Below, in pieces: positions 29,907 through 39,452 of a DNA stretch of 64,000 bases. Where the stretch lies: the UHGV virus genome UHGV-1579991. One strand, 5' to 3'. The notes beneath the pieces were generated by a model, which made no database searches, had not been told where the DNA came from, and saw nothing but the letters and a program-made list of their open reading frames with translations. Origin of the DNA: a virus. Within the stretch, counting starts at the first letter, position 1. Each line of letters begins with the position of its first letter. Both the position numbers and the translations under genes were made by a program.

Positions 29907-30415
29907 TATAACATTACGAGTTGTTGACGTGCCTGCATCTGTTCAATGCAATCATCGCCTATTATGCACAAATACTGAGGCAGCTTATCAAGTGAAATGA
30001 GCGTGCAAATGTATGGGTCAAAGAACTTATTTGTTGATGCAAGCAAATCGTAAAATAGACATGCTTGTTCTGCGTCAAGTCGAGTAACAACAAGTCTATT
30101 GTATCCAGGCGCATCAAACCCGCATTTGAGCAAATGTCTACCGACATGTATGTCATTGCCCATTGTCAATGTGGCTGCAAGCATGCTGTCGCATTCTACT
30201 GCAGGTTCTGAGTAATGCCAGTTAATTGATGCATATGCAGTTAGCACATACATGCCAGCAGTCACATCCCATTCAGACTCTGCAATAATTGCCCATGTGC
30301 GCTTGCCATTATGTTCAATTTCGACAAAGTCACCTCTTGTGAATGAATCTACAAGCTTTGCAGTTATCAGATATTGCAGTTGTTCTGTGCTATTGTATTT
30401 GATGCAAGTTTTCAT
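29906..30415 (-). CDS. hypothetical protein
   Basis: 169 aa ORF. Confidence 0.45.
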   Translation of the reverse strand: MKTCIKYNSTEQLQYLITAKLVDSFTRGDFVEIEHNGKRTWAIIAESEWDVTAGMYVLTAYASINWHYSEPAVECDSMLAATLTMGNDIHVGRHLLKCGFDAPGYNRLVVTRLDAEQACLFYDLLASTNKFFDPYICTLISLDKLPQYLCIIGDDCIEQMQARQQLVML

Positions 30416-30710
30416 AATCTGTCAATATAAAACATCTAACAAGTTTTGAAACAAGTCGTCTATGACCCGTCTCAACTCGTATCATATGCTTGGTGAATAG
30501 TGGACCTGCTGCTGTAACACAATGTCTGTCAAGGGCATTTAGTACTTTGTTCATTGCAATCAATGGGTGCAAATGACTATTCGGCCAGCATTCTTCTGCA
30601 ATGTCTGTCAGAATGTCATCACCATATGACACAACTGAACATTTGTCTGCAATAAGATGCTTCTTAGCAATCTCTGCAACTTTTTGTGTAGAACAACGCA
30701 TAACAATCAA
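30390..30710 (-). CDS. hypothetical protein
   Basis: 106 aa ORF overlapping both neighbours by a few nt. Confidence 0.4.
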   Translation of the reverse strand: MIVMRCSTQKVAEIAKKHLIADKCSVVSYGDDILTDIAEECWPNSHLHPLIAMNKVLNALDRHCVTAAGPLFTKHMIRVETGHRRLVSKLVRCFILTDYENLHQIQ

Positions 30711-32803
30711 TCATCTGCAGCGTCACCATCGAAGCCCATGAGCACTTTGCGTACATGCGCATTGCCGCCGAGCCATGCATTGATTGCATCCCATGAGTCT
30801 TCTTTAGCGACTACTTGTTCGAGTACAGGTGCAGACATAATGTCTTCAAACTCTGTAGAAGTCAATGATGCAAGACCCTTCTTATGATTAACTTCCCAAT
30901 CTTTGCTGCCATTGAATTTGTCTGCGACTTTATTGTAGTCATCATAGAAGTAGAACTTTCGTTCTTCACCAGTTTTGCGATTGTTGCAGATGATGATTGG
31001 CGTGACTACATTATACACAAGACCCATGTCAAACAACTCAGGCCAGAACTTGTAGAAGAACAGCTGCAGCAATGATGAAATGCTGTAGCCATCAACATCT
31101 GCATCAGTCAAAATGCAAATCTTGCCATAGCGTAATTTGCGTGGGTCTGCTTTTTCATTGAATCGCAAACCAAGTGACTGCATCAAACCTGCAATTTCAG
31201 GCTTTTCTATGAGTTTCTTTGGATTGTCATAGTAGCAATTGCCAATTGACTTACCACGAATACAGTAGAAGCCTTGGGTCAATGCATTTCGATTGACTCG
31301 AATACCTTGTGATGCAGAATCACCTTCTACAATGAACAACATGCATTCATTACGATTTGTCTTTTGTGCAGCATCTACAAGCTTATTGACATGAAACTGC
31401 TTTGTCTTGACTTCAAGTTTCTTATTGAGCTCCTTGGCTTCTTTGGCTTTCTCTTTCTCTTCTTCAATCTGTTTCTTGATTTTGCAGTCCATCAAGATGC
31501 GGTCAAGAATTTCAGTTTTTGTCAAGTACTTCTTGAGCTTATCTGAAATGAGAATTGGGAAGCCGAACTTTTGCGTCTTTGTAGCCAATTTGTCTTTGAC
31601 CTGCGCATCGAATTCAGGATTAGGAATTTTCCACATTGACAAGATTGACATGTGCTTGAACACGTCTTTCTTTGCGGGTTCAAATCCATATTTGTTTTTG
31701 ATGTGGTCAATCAAAAAGTCTGCGCATACATTCGCGATGAAGTCCATATGCGTGCCATAGTCACATCGAATTGAATTGACTATTGCAAAGCTTTCAAAGA
31801 AGCCTGCTCTACTTGGGCCAATCTCGAAACTATAGTTCTCGTTTTCATCACCACGAAATTCTTTGGTGTGTTCCCACAAGTCTTTGTACTCCCAAAAGTG
31901 CTTGAACTTGAATTCATAGTTTTCGCCAGTAGCTTCATTGTGCCATTCAACTACAAGTGGATTGTTTACATCGCAGCCCATAACTGCGACTTCGATTGCT
32001 CGTGACAGCCACTTGTCTACAGTGTCATCTGGAATGTGGTCAAGCGGAGCTGCGTTAATCCACTCCCATCTGCCAAGGTCAAGATGAGCTTCGATGTATG
32101 TAAAATGTTCAGACTTACGGCATTTGCTGACTTTTGCCTCATCATGTCGCCCCATGTTGTCATACCAGCAAATTTCAAGTTTTTTGCCATCTTTTGCTGT
32201 AATGACTTTGAATGACTTAGACATCACATTGACAAGTGACGCGCCAAGACCATTTGTGCCAGACAATGCGCCGCGGTCAGCAACAAAATTTGAACCAGAC
32301 CTCAATGAGCCAAATACCATCTGCGGTATGTACTCATTGTACTCTGGATGCATCACTACAGGAATGCCACCGTTGTCCCATACTGCAAGCTTGCCTGTTT
32401 TTGGGTTGACTGTGACTGATATGCGATTGACGATGCTACTGTCATGTCGTTGTATGCTACGTTCATGTTCATCAAATGAGTTTGAAATTAACTCATTAAA
32501 CATAGTATTCAATGCAAGTGATTGATATGTTGTATAAACACGTCGAATTGGTCTTTCAGCGTCCTCATATGGACGATACAGCTCACATTCTTGTTCTGCA
32601 AGAAATTCAAGCGACCCTATGTACATACCAGGCTTCAGTAGACAATGTTCGCGCGTTGAAAGTTTTTTGAACTTTTCTGTCAGATTGTTTATGTCAGACA
32701 TGTCTGTAAATTGAGATGTTTGTATATGTATATTGTACAACAAGAATGCAAAACTTGCACTGAAAATATACACATTTTCACATAGCTGCAAGCATAATGC
32801 CAA
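30707..32803 (-). CDS. DNA topoisomerase II, ATPase/TOPRIM subunit (GyrB/gp39-like)
   Basis: 698 aa; GHKL-ATPase-like N-terminal half and TOPRIM signature (MLFIVEGDSASQ), then GRxxxxGK-type lysine-rich region. Confidence 0.8.
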   Translation of the reverse strand: MALCLQLCENVYIFSASFAFLLYNIHIQTSQFTDMSDINNLTEKFKKLSTREHCLLKPGMYIGSLEFLAEQECELYRPYEDAERPIRRVYTTYQSLALNTMFNELISNSFDEHERSIQRHDSSIVNRISVTVNPKTGKLAVWDNGGIPVVMHPEYNEYIPQMVFGSLRSGSNFVADRGALSGTNGLGASLVNVMSKSFKVITAKDGKKLEICWYDNMGRHDEAKVSKCRKSEHFTYIEAHLDLGRWEWINAAPLDHIPDDTVDKWLSRAIEVAVMGCDVNNPLVVEWHNEATGENYEFKFKHFWEYKDLWEHTKEFRGDENENYSFEIGPSRAGFFESFAIVNSIRCDYGTHMDFIANVCADFLIDHIKNKYGFEPAKKDVFKHMSILSMWKIPNPEFDAQVKDKLATKTQKFGFPILISDKLKKYLTKTEILDRILMDCKIKKQIEEEKEKAKEAKELNKKLEVKTKQFHVNKLVDAAQKTNRNECMLFIVEGDSASQGIRVNRNALTQGFYCIRGKSIGNCYYDNPKKLIEKPEIAGLMQSLGLRFNEKADPRKLRYGKICILTDADVDGYSISSLLQLFFYKFWPELFDMGLVYNVVTPIIICNNRKTGEERKFYFYDDYNKVADKFNGSKDWEVNHKKGLASLTSTEFEDIMSAPVLEQVVAKEDSWDAINAWLGGNAHVRKVLMGFDGDAADD

Positions 32804-32888
32804 GCACTACTGCAAGACATATCAAACCTATGCCAAGAACAATAAAGTCCAGCATAGAATAAGTGTCATTAGACTGTTTCATAAGTAA

Positions 32889-33815
32889 TTATCGCAATTG
32901 ATTCTTTGCAATGAATGCATTGATGTGCTCTGGCTTGCATACAGCACGATAGTAGAGTTCAAATACTCGTTTAGCAGATGGCAATTTGCATGCAGTCAAA
33001 TCTTTATCTTGCATTACAACACCAGTAATGTACTTAATGTCATGCAGCTCAATGTCTGAACAATGATGCTTTGCTGCAAACTCAAATGCTTGCTTAACAA
33101 TTTTTGAGCATTCTGCTGTAGTACATTGCTGAAATGCTGCACAAAACTCTGCATAAGTGCTGCAGTCATTTTGCAGATGTAATGCAACAGATGATTTCAA
33201 CATTGCTTCTGTTAAGTACTTTGGCAGCTTGCACAAAATTTTGACGTACTTGCACTTGTCATCTGTCACATGCACGTAGCCAGACACTGCAAGCATTCTA
33301 ACATATCGAACAAGTTCTCTATGCTGTAGTGCTGTGCGCAGTATGACATTGTTTTGCAGCAAAATCTCATTGTCAACTGTGCAGTTAAGTGGCAATGTGT
33401 TGTATGCTACTTTAAGATACGATAGCTTCGTTAATTGTTGTAAGCCATCATAGCCAACAAAATCTGCTGGCACAATCAGTGGCAGACTGCAAACGACTTG
33501 TCGATTATTTCTGTCAACAATTGTGATTGCTGGGTTTTGCAAGTCAAGCACAGATTTTGAACAAAACACTTGCATTGTGTCTTGAACTGTAACAAATCCG
33601 AAGTTCTTGCACAATTGCATATTGCATGTACGAGCTTCTGCTGCGCTAATTGTTGCAATGGGCAACTGTTTGTCGCTACACACATGCATCGGAGTTGGCC
33701 ATATTGGGTCAGCTCTCAATACAAGCACATGTTTGTTGCAGTCATATATTGCAGCAAAATCTGCAAGATTGCTGATGTATCTTAAAGTAGTGTTACAAAT
33801 CCCATTCATATGCAT
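32889..33815 (-). CDS. hypothetical protein (start moved to internal Met)
   Basis: Track ORF 32889..34007 overlaps the upstream gene by more than 200 nt; ATG at 33815 (MHMNGICNTT) leaves a 23-nt overlap. Confidence 0.4.
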   Translation of the reverse strand: MHMNGICNTTLRYISNLADFAAIYDCNKHVLVLRADPIWPTPMHVCSDKQLPIATISAAEARTCNMQLCKNFGFVTVQDTMQVFCSKSVLDLQNPAITIVDRNNRQVVCSLPLIVPADFVGYDGLQQLTKLSYLKVAYNTLPLNCTVDNEILLQNNVILRTALQHRELVRYVRMLAVSGYVHVTDDKCKYVKILCKLPKYLTEAMLKSSVALHLQNDCSTYAEFCAAFQQCTTAECSKIVKQAFEFAAKHHCSDIELHDIKYITGVVMQDKDLTACKLPSAKRVFELYYRAVCKPEHINAFIAKNQLR

Positions 33816-34626
33816 TGTCTTGTACAGGTCCGCTAATTTGAACATCGAGGCCAAAGCGCTCAAGATAGCCATCGCAGAAATCAAGCCCATATTTGTTGCA
33901 CTGTCTGAATGCATACTGGAACTTATCCAAGATTGCCCATAGATAAGGCTTCGAGCCCTCGGTGGGATATCCACCCTTTCTGTAATGCCACCAGCGCATG
34001 ATATCATGAAACTCCCAATCTTCTGCTTCGCATTCTACTGTAAAGCAGTCATGATATTTTGTCATCTGAGGCCAGAGCTCAGTGTTGATGCGCTGACGAG
34101 TTGCTGCACAGTCATCAAGCAACTCAAGAAACTCTTCAGGCGCATCAATCATGGGCAGATTTGCTTCATTGACATCGATTTCTGCATCATTCGACAGCAG
34201 CTTTGTGATACGACCATTGTGCTCTGCAATGTCTTCATAGACTTTTTTGCGCGTAGCATCCATAGTCGCAGTCCACTTCGTGCCCTCTTCAATTTTCGGA
34301 AGTTGCTTGTCTTTGTTTTCATTCCATTCAGGTGACTGGTCGAATATTGCCTTGCGACGAATATCGACAAGCTCCAAAAAGAAGGGCTTCGTCAACATAA
34401 CAGTATCACCCAGAATTTCTTTTGCTTGTTCAAAGCCCTCAATTTTGATTGAGTCTGCTGCAGCACAAATCTGCTCCTGAATTTTGTCTGCAGCTTCAAG
34501 AATGATGCGAGCTTTTGTTTTGATGTCGTAAGATGCAGAATGTAAGCCAAGCTGCTCTGCAATTTCTACGGAATTTTGAAGACGAGCCTGCATGGCTTCT
34601 TCATTGTTCTTCTTTCCTCGTGCCAT
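33793..34626 (-). CDS. hypothetical protein
   Basis: 277 aa ORF. Confidence 0.5.
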   Translation of the reverse strand: MARGKKNNEEAMQARLQNSVEIAEQLGLHSASYDIKTKARIILEAADKIQEQICAAADSIKIEGFEQAKEILGDTVMLTKPFFLELVDIRRKAIFDQSPEWNENKDKQLPKIEEGTKWTATMDATRKKVYEDIAEHNGRITKLLSNDAEIDVNEANLPMIDAPEEFLELLDDCAATRQRINTELWPQMTKYHDCFTVECEAEDWEFHDIMRWWHYRKGGYPTEGSKPYLWAILDKFQYAFRQCNKYGLDFCDGYLERFGLDVQISGPVQDNAYEWDL

Positions 34627-34641
34627 AATGTTATTGTTTTG

Positions 34642-34890
34642 CTATATGAGACTTGTTATGACTTCAAGCACATGTTCTTTTGAATAGCACTTATCAAACT
34701 TATGCTTGAAGTCAATTAGTGACTCAAGCTTTGTTAAGTACCATTGATTGTCATACTTGAACCAGACTCGAGCATTTGCCGAACATATTGCATGCATTGC
34801 AGCATTCTGGTCTTCTTCAGGATTACGCCACATAGACCCAAAGTGATATTGCAATGTAATGCCGCATTTATGAATTTCGTGCAATTTCAT
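34642..34890 (-). CDS. hypothetical protein
   Basis: 82 aa ORF. Confidence 0.4.
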   Translation of the reverse strand: MKLHEIHKCGITLQYHFGSMWRNPEEDQNAAMHAICSANARVWFKYDNQWYLTKLESLIDFKHKFDKCYSKEHVLEVITSLI

Positions 34891-34899
34891 GTGTACTTG

Positions 34900-35154
34900 C
34901 TAAAATGTTAACTGTAATGACTTGATATTGACGCATTCAATTTTTAACATGACAAGCTTATCATGTGCAGCCATTGCGTCATATTTGATGTTTGCAATTT
35001 CGAGCTTTTGTGCAATTTTGTATGCAGTGGCGCCATCAGTAGATATGCAGATGCAATTGCCAATGACAATATTTGCTGCATCTGTTATATTAACTTTGCA
35101 TGCATTATCATTGTTATCAATGACTTCTATGCATTTGATTGAGTTAAAGTCCAT
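34900..35154 (-). CDS. hypothetical protein
   Basis: 84 aa ORF; its start lies directly downstream of the promoter cassette at 35161-35230. Confidence 0.4.
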   Translation of the reverse strand: MDFNSIKCIEVIDNNDNACKVNITDAANIVIGNCICISTDGATAYKIAQKLEIANIKYDAMAAHDKLVMLKIECVNIKSLQLTF

Positions 35155-35160
35155 ATTGCA

Positions 35161-35230
35161 GAGGTTTAGTATATTTGACAGTATATTATTTATAGATATA
35201 TAATACTACATACTTGCAGATTTTGCACTT
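35161..35230 (-). promoter_or_regulatory. putative late-type promoter cassette (TATAAATA box on the minus strand)
   Basis: Minus-strand read GTGCAAAATCTGCAAGTATGTAGTATTATATATCTATAAATAATATAC...; shares the core attatttatagatatataatactac...attttgcac with 51127-51200; sits 10-70 nt upstream of the 34900..35154 start. Confidence 0.45.
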
Positions 35231-35361
35231 AGTTGATAAATAATTTATAAACATTTTCACAAACTTTTAACAGCTCTTTCGCTTATGAAAACTACTCAAC
35301 TCTGGTTTGAACGCCAGCAGTCAATCGCGGGGGGGCTCTTCGTGCTCCTGATTACATAGAT

Positions 35362-36054
35362 GTGCGGTTTACACTCGTAGATGATATGAGCATACCTTGT
35401 GCATATATGCCAAACATATATGTGTTTGCTGATGGCAATGAGTATGCAATATCTCCAATAGGTTCACAATCACTTGATTATGACGGCTCATGTATTGTAC
35501 GTATTACCAAGTCAGACTGGATTGAAATGTTTGGCGCTGGTGTTACACAAGGCAGACTTAAATTTGGCTATGGCACAAATGAGCTTGAATTTTGTGAATT
35601 GATAAGCGCTGCAACTGCTGAAGTCAAATTCGTTATTGGTTATGAACAAAGCCAGTCTGTCACTGCAACATTTAGTGATTTGCTGCATAATCCACTTGTC
35701 GCAACAAACAACAATTCTGCACAAGCAACAATTACATATACATTTAGTCATGCGACATTTAGAACAGCAGCATTTAAGATTATCGGTAATGTGACATTAT
35801 TACCAGGCGGTGATGTAAGTAACACAGCTACAATTCTTGCGCCTAATTATAGTACAACAATTAAGTACACTACGTCATCAACGCCAAAACTATTTGAGCA
35901 TTCAATGACATTTGAGCGTAACAATGAAATGCTTGAGTATGTTGGCACTGAAGTAGACAGACATGCGTATTGTCAAATGAGACGTAGAACTACGGGCTTA
36001 ACTGTATATTGTCATGTGTATATTGATGATAGCATGCTTAATATGATGAATTGA
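35362..36054 (+). CDS. hypothetical protein (GTG start)
   Basis: 230 aa plus-strand ORF beginning at GTG 35362; one of the few plus-strand genes, convergent with the large minus-strand gene. Confidence 0.45.
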   Translation: MRFTLVDDMSIPCAYMPNIYVFADGNEYAISPIGSQSLDYDGSCIVRITKSDWIEMFGAGVTQGRLKFGYGTNELEFCELISAATAEVKFVIGYEQSQSVTATFSDLLHNPLVATNNNSAQATITYTFSHATFRTAAFKIIGNVTLLPGGDVSNTATILAPNYSTTIKYTTSSTPKLFEHSMTFERNNEMLEYVGTEVDRHAYCQMRRRTTGLTVYCHVYIDDSMLNMMN

Positions 36055-36071
36055 TAGTTGTGTAACATTGC

Positions 36072-36117
36072 GCAAAAAGAAAGCCGAACTGAAATTCAGT
36101 TCGGCTTTCTTTTTGCA
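36072..36117. terminator. 46-bp perfect palindrome; putative bidirectional intrinsic terminator
   Basis: gcaaaaagaaagccgaactgaa / ttcagttcggctttctttttgc; T-run on the plus strand and A-run upstream (T-run on minus); lies between convergent genes 35362..36054 (+) and 36133..39339 (-). Confidence 0.6.
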
Positions 36118-36132
36118 TACGCTTATGCTATG

Positions 36133-39100
36133 TTAGAACAGAGCAATGATGTTGTCGACAAACATAAAGCATGCATGCAGCAATTCAGCTGTCGGCGTCA
36201 TCTCATATGCTTTGCCATCATACATGAATCGCACAGTGACAATTGGTGATACTTCGTCTTTGAATGCAAGCACTGGAATGTCTACGCCTGCAGTCAATTG
36301 CACTTCAACGTCCTTGTCAGCTGCTGCATCTTTAGCAATCACTGCGATATCTCGACAACGACCAGCAGCTACTGCATACCGAACATTTGTCAATGCTGCA
36401 GACATATCAACAAGAGCTTGCATAATTTGCTGTTGAGTAAATTGCTCGACTGACTTCTTTGCAGCCTTGACTGCTTCGATATCTTGCGTATTTGCAAGAA
36501 TCAATGCTACCACTGCAGGGTCAGAAGTAGTCCACCAACGGCCATCAATTGCAAGCCACAGTCGATTGCCATTGACGTCAATTGCATATGCATATTGAGT
36601 GTTTGGTGCCAATGTGACTTTTCGAGTGTTCTTTAAGAACTCTGCTGCATCAGGAGCTGCAACAATGTTCTTGACAAATGACGGCAGCATTTCAGCTTCA
36701 AATGTTTGTGTAGCTTCAAAGACACCGCCACGTGCATCGTCATCAATTCTGCCTGCAAAGCGTTTGCAGATTTGAATGATTGTAGCCATGCCTACTGTTG
36801 GAACGACTTGACGTTTCATTGCAGGCATTTGCAGAGGCATTGTATCTTGTGCAATGTACAATGATGCAACATCAACTGTGTCAAGTACTCGTACAATGTC
36901 AGCAGCGTCAACAATTACAAACCAGTCACCATCATGACAAACAATCAGTTGCTTGCTATCATTTGCGAATGTTAACAGCACTGCAACGTCATTTTTGATT
37001 GATATTGCAGGAATCCATGCTTGTTGCAGAGGTAAGTCAAGATTTGGTGTGCCGCATGGATAAAGCGCAGATGGCTGCATAATTGAGCGGCAATCAAAAC
37101 CTATTGAACTTACAAGCTGCAGAACTTCGCCACGAATGCAAGCATTACTTTGATTCTGTGTCATATCATATGCAAGCCAACTGCAAATTGCTTTGATTGA
37201 TGACACTGGAAATGCTATGCCAATTGTGCTGTATGCAATCTTGCCGTCTGCTGACAATGACTCATCAACTGCAATGCCAGCATCATTGAACAATGACATA
37301 TCAATTGAACAATGGAATTCGCCACCAGGCATTGGACCTGCAGCAATACCATAGCCAGGACCAAGTGACAGCCATTCTTTCATTGCATCTGAATTGTATG
37401 ACGAGAACTTGTACAACACATATGACTTATGCGGGTCACTAACTGACTTGCGAATCTCCATCTTGGCGCCTGCTTTCTTTGCAATTGCTTTGATGTTGTC
37501 AGCATGCTTCTTTGCCTCAGACTTGTCAAATTTGCCTTCATCAAGTTGAGCAATCTTGCCAAGCGCATAAGCAGTCCATGCAATTGACAATTGATTCAGT
37601 GCACCAACTTCTGACCACGACTTTTCTGCAAACCATGAGCCAAGACCAGATTTGTCAAGAGTTGCTTTGCGTTCAGCTTTTGTTGCAGCATCCCACCACT
37701 TGCCTGTTGCAGGCAACACAATGTCTTTGATTTGCTCCTTGCGAAGCTCATTGACGCCAATTTTGCCCTCATGAATATGCGCATTTGCATGATATGCTCT
37801 AAGAGCAGCCAATGCAGCATCATATGAGTCATAGTCTTGCGGCCAGAATTCCCCATTCTTGCCAATGATGCCCCATACGCCCTTTGACTTTTCTTGGATG
37901 ACAGAGTCTTTGTCACCAGCAGCTTCATTGACAAATGCAGTGTTAAGATATGCAATGACATGCTGAAGCTCTTTGTCGTCTGCAGACTCATTGACGTTCT
38001 TAGCGTAATCACCAAGAATTGATTCAACTTTGCCACGTAAATTGCTTGGCATATCATCAAGGTCAAGATTGCCATACTTCGTGACTTCTGGTTGAGACAA
38101 TCCAAGCAATTTCAACACCTTATCACGGTACTTGTTTGCGAGCTTCTTCCAAATCCAGCGGAATGTTACAGCGCCAATCAAGAATTTGATGAGGCCCTCA
38201 TCAAGTACATGTTGTTCACGCAAATATGCTGTAATGCATGAACGTTGACCATCAGTTAAGTCAACCCACATTTTATCAAGCAGTATTGAATCTGGGTTGC
38301 TTGCAATGCCAGCGCCACTGCGGTTGTACACATTCATTCTGTCAATTGCTGGTGTTGCGTCATTGTCCCACCAAGCTTGCGCATATGAACATCCAGCAGG
38401 ATTTGAGATTGCCTCATCAATGTACATGACATTGAAAATTTCGCAAAGACGCTTGCGACATTCAGGTGACATAACTTGCCATTGTGTTGCAATTTTGTCT
38501 TCTGACCACTGCAACAGCATGTCTGCAAATTCTTTACCTGCACATTGCTCAACTGCGCCATGTTTCGAACGCCAATAATTGTCAGGCTCAATCTGCGCAA
38601 TTGCATGAACAAATGAAGTCAGATTGTATGACGCAGATTCGCAAATGCAATGCTGTTCAATGTAGCTACGAACAGCAAGTGCAGTGTCTTCCGGCAAGTT
38701 GCTATATGGTGACTCATAGATGTTTGCTTGCTGATTGAGCATATGTGGAGCGACTTCTGCAATGATTTGTTTGCGAACATTCAATGGCCATGCATTCCAC
38801 GAAGATTCCACAGATTCATCAAGATGCATACCAATTGCATCCATAACTGCATCAGCATCTTTGCCCGACAGTTCGTCAAACAATTTGTCTACTACTGCAG
38901 CGTCATATCGCAAATTTGGCTGAGCTTTTGCAAGAGCATCCATCATTGCTTTGCGTTCTTGTTTTGACGCATTGTTCCATGTGCCAGCATACAATTCTGC
39001 TGTCGCGCTTTCACAAACAATATCTGCAGTAGCATATGCTTGCTTCATAATGTCCATGAAGATTGACTTCATTTTTGGATGCATCACATGATACTTTTCA

Positions 39101-39339
39101 TTGTAAATGTCAAGTGTGCCATAGACATCTTTCAATGGTCTAATGCTTTCTGATGAGCCGAATGATGGCTTCAAAATTGAATTGCATACACGTTCAACGG
39201 TGCCACGCATAAACTTGACATCACTTCGCTTGTCACTGATAGACATAAATGCATCAATGACAGACTTGATGGTGTCATCTGCGGCTTCATTAACAAAGCC
39301 TACTGGTCGACCGCCAAACTTGTTTGTTTGTGTTGTCAT
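36133..39339 (-). CDS. large hypothetical protein (1068 aa)
   Basis: Long uninterrupted minus-strand ORF; no polymerase, ATPase or other catalytic motif recognised by eye. Confidence 0.55.
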   Translation of the reverse strand: MTTQTNKFGGRPVGFVNEAADDTIKSVIDAFMSISDKRSDVKFMRGTVERVCNSILKPSFGSSESIRPLKDVYGTLDIYNEKYHVMHPKMKSIFMDIMKQAYATADIVCESATAELYAGTWNNASKQERKAMMDALAKAQPNLRYDAAVVDKLFDELSGKDADAVMDAIGMHLDESVESSWNAWPLNVRKQIIAEVAPHMLNQQANIYESPYSNLPEDTALAVRSYIEQHCICESASYNLTSFVHAIAQIEPDNYWRSKHGAVEQCAGKEFADMLLQWSEDKIATQWQVMSPECRKRLCEIFNVMYIDEAISNPAGCSYAQAWWDNDATPAIDRMNVYNRSGAGIASNPDSILLDKMWVDLTDGQRSCITAYLREQHVLDEGLIKFLIGAVTFRWIWKKLANKYRDKVLKLLGLSQPEVTKYGNLDLDDMPSNLRGKVESILGDYAKNVNESADDKELQHVIAYLNTAFVNEAAGDKDSVIQEKSKGVWGIIGKNGEFWPQDYDSYDAALAALRAYHANAHIHEGKIGVNELRKEQIKDIVLPATGKWWDAATKAERKATLDKSGLGSWFAEKSWSEVGALNQLSIAWTAYALGKIAQLDEGKFDKSEAKKHADNIKAIAKKAGAKMEIRKSVSDPHKSYVLYKFSSYNSDAMKEWLSLGPGYGIAAGPMPGGEFHCSIDMSLFNDAGIAVDESLSADGKIAYSTIGIAFPVSSIKAICSWLAYDMTQNQSNACIRGEVLQLVSSIGFDCRSIMQPSALYPCGTPNLDLPLQQAWIPAISIKNDVAVLLTFANDSKQLIVCHDGDWFVIVDAADIVRVLDTVDVASLYIAQDTMPLQMPAMKRQVVPTVGMATIIQICKRFAGRIDDDARGGVFEATQTFEAEMLPSFVKNIVAAPDAAEFLKNTRKVTLAPNTQYAYAIDVNGNRLWLAIDGRWWTTSDPAVVALILANTQDIEAVKAAKKSVEQFTQQQIMQALVDMSAALTNVRYAVAAGRCRDIAVIAKDAAADKDVEVQLTAGVDIPVLAFKDEVSPIVTVRFMYDGKAYEMTPTAELLHACFMFVDNIIALF

Positions 39340-39452
39340 ATATCAACTATTTTGATTGTCAATCAATTGATTTGTTTGTTATATGTATGCAACAATGCAA
39401 AATGAACCTGCAAATTTCTTCGCAGGTTCATTTTTGTATGCATCATGCAGCA

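Noticed and set aside
36133-39339. 1068-aa protein as the phage DNA polymerase
   Set aside because: No family A or family B polymerase or exonuclease motifs were found by eye; left as hypothetical. The polymerase is probably outside this window.
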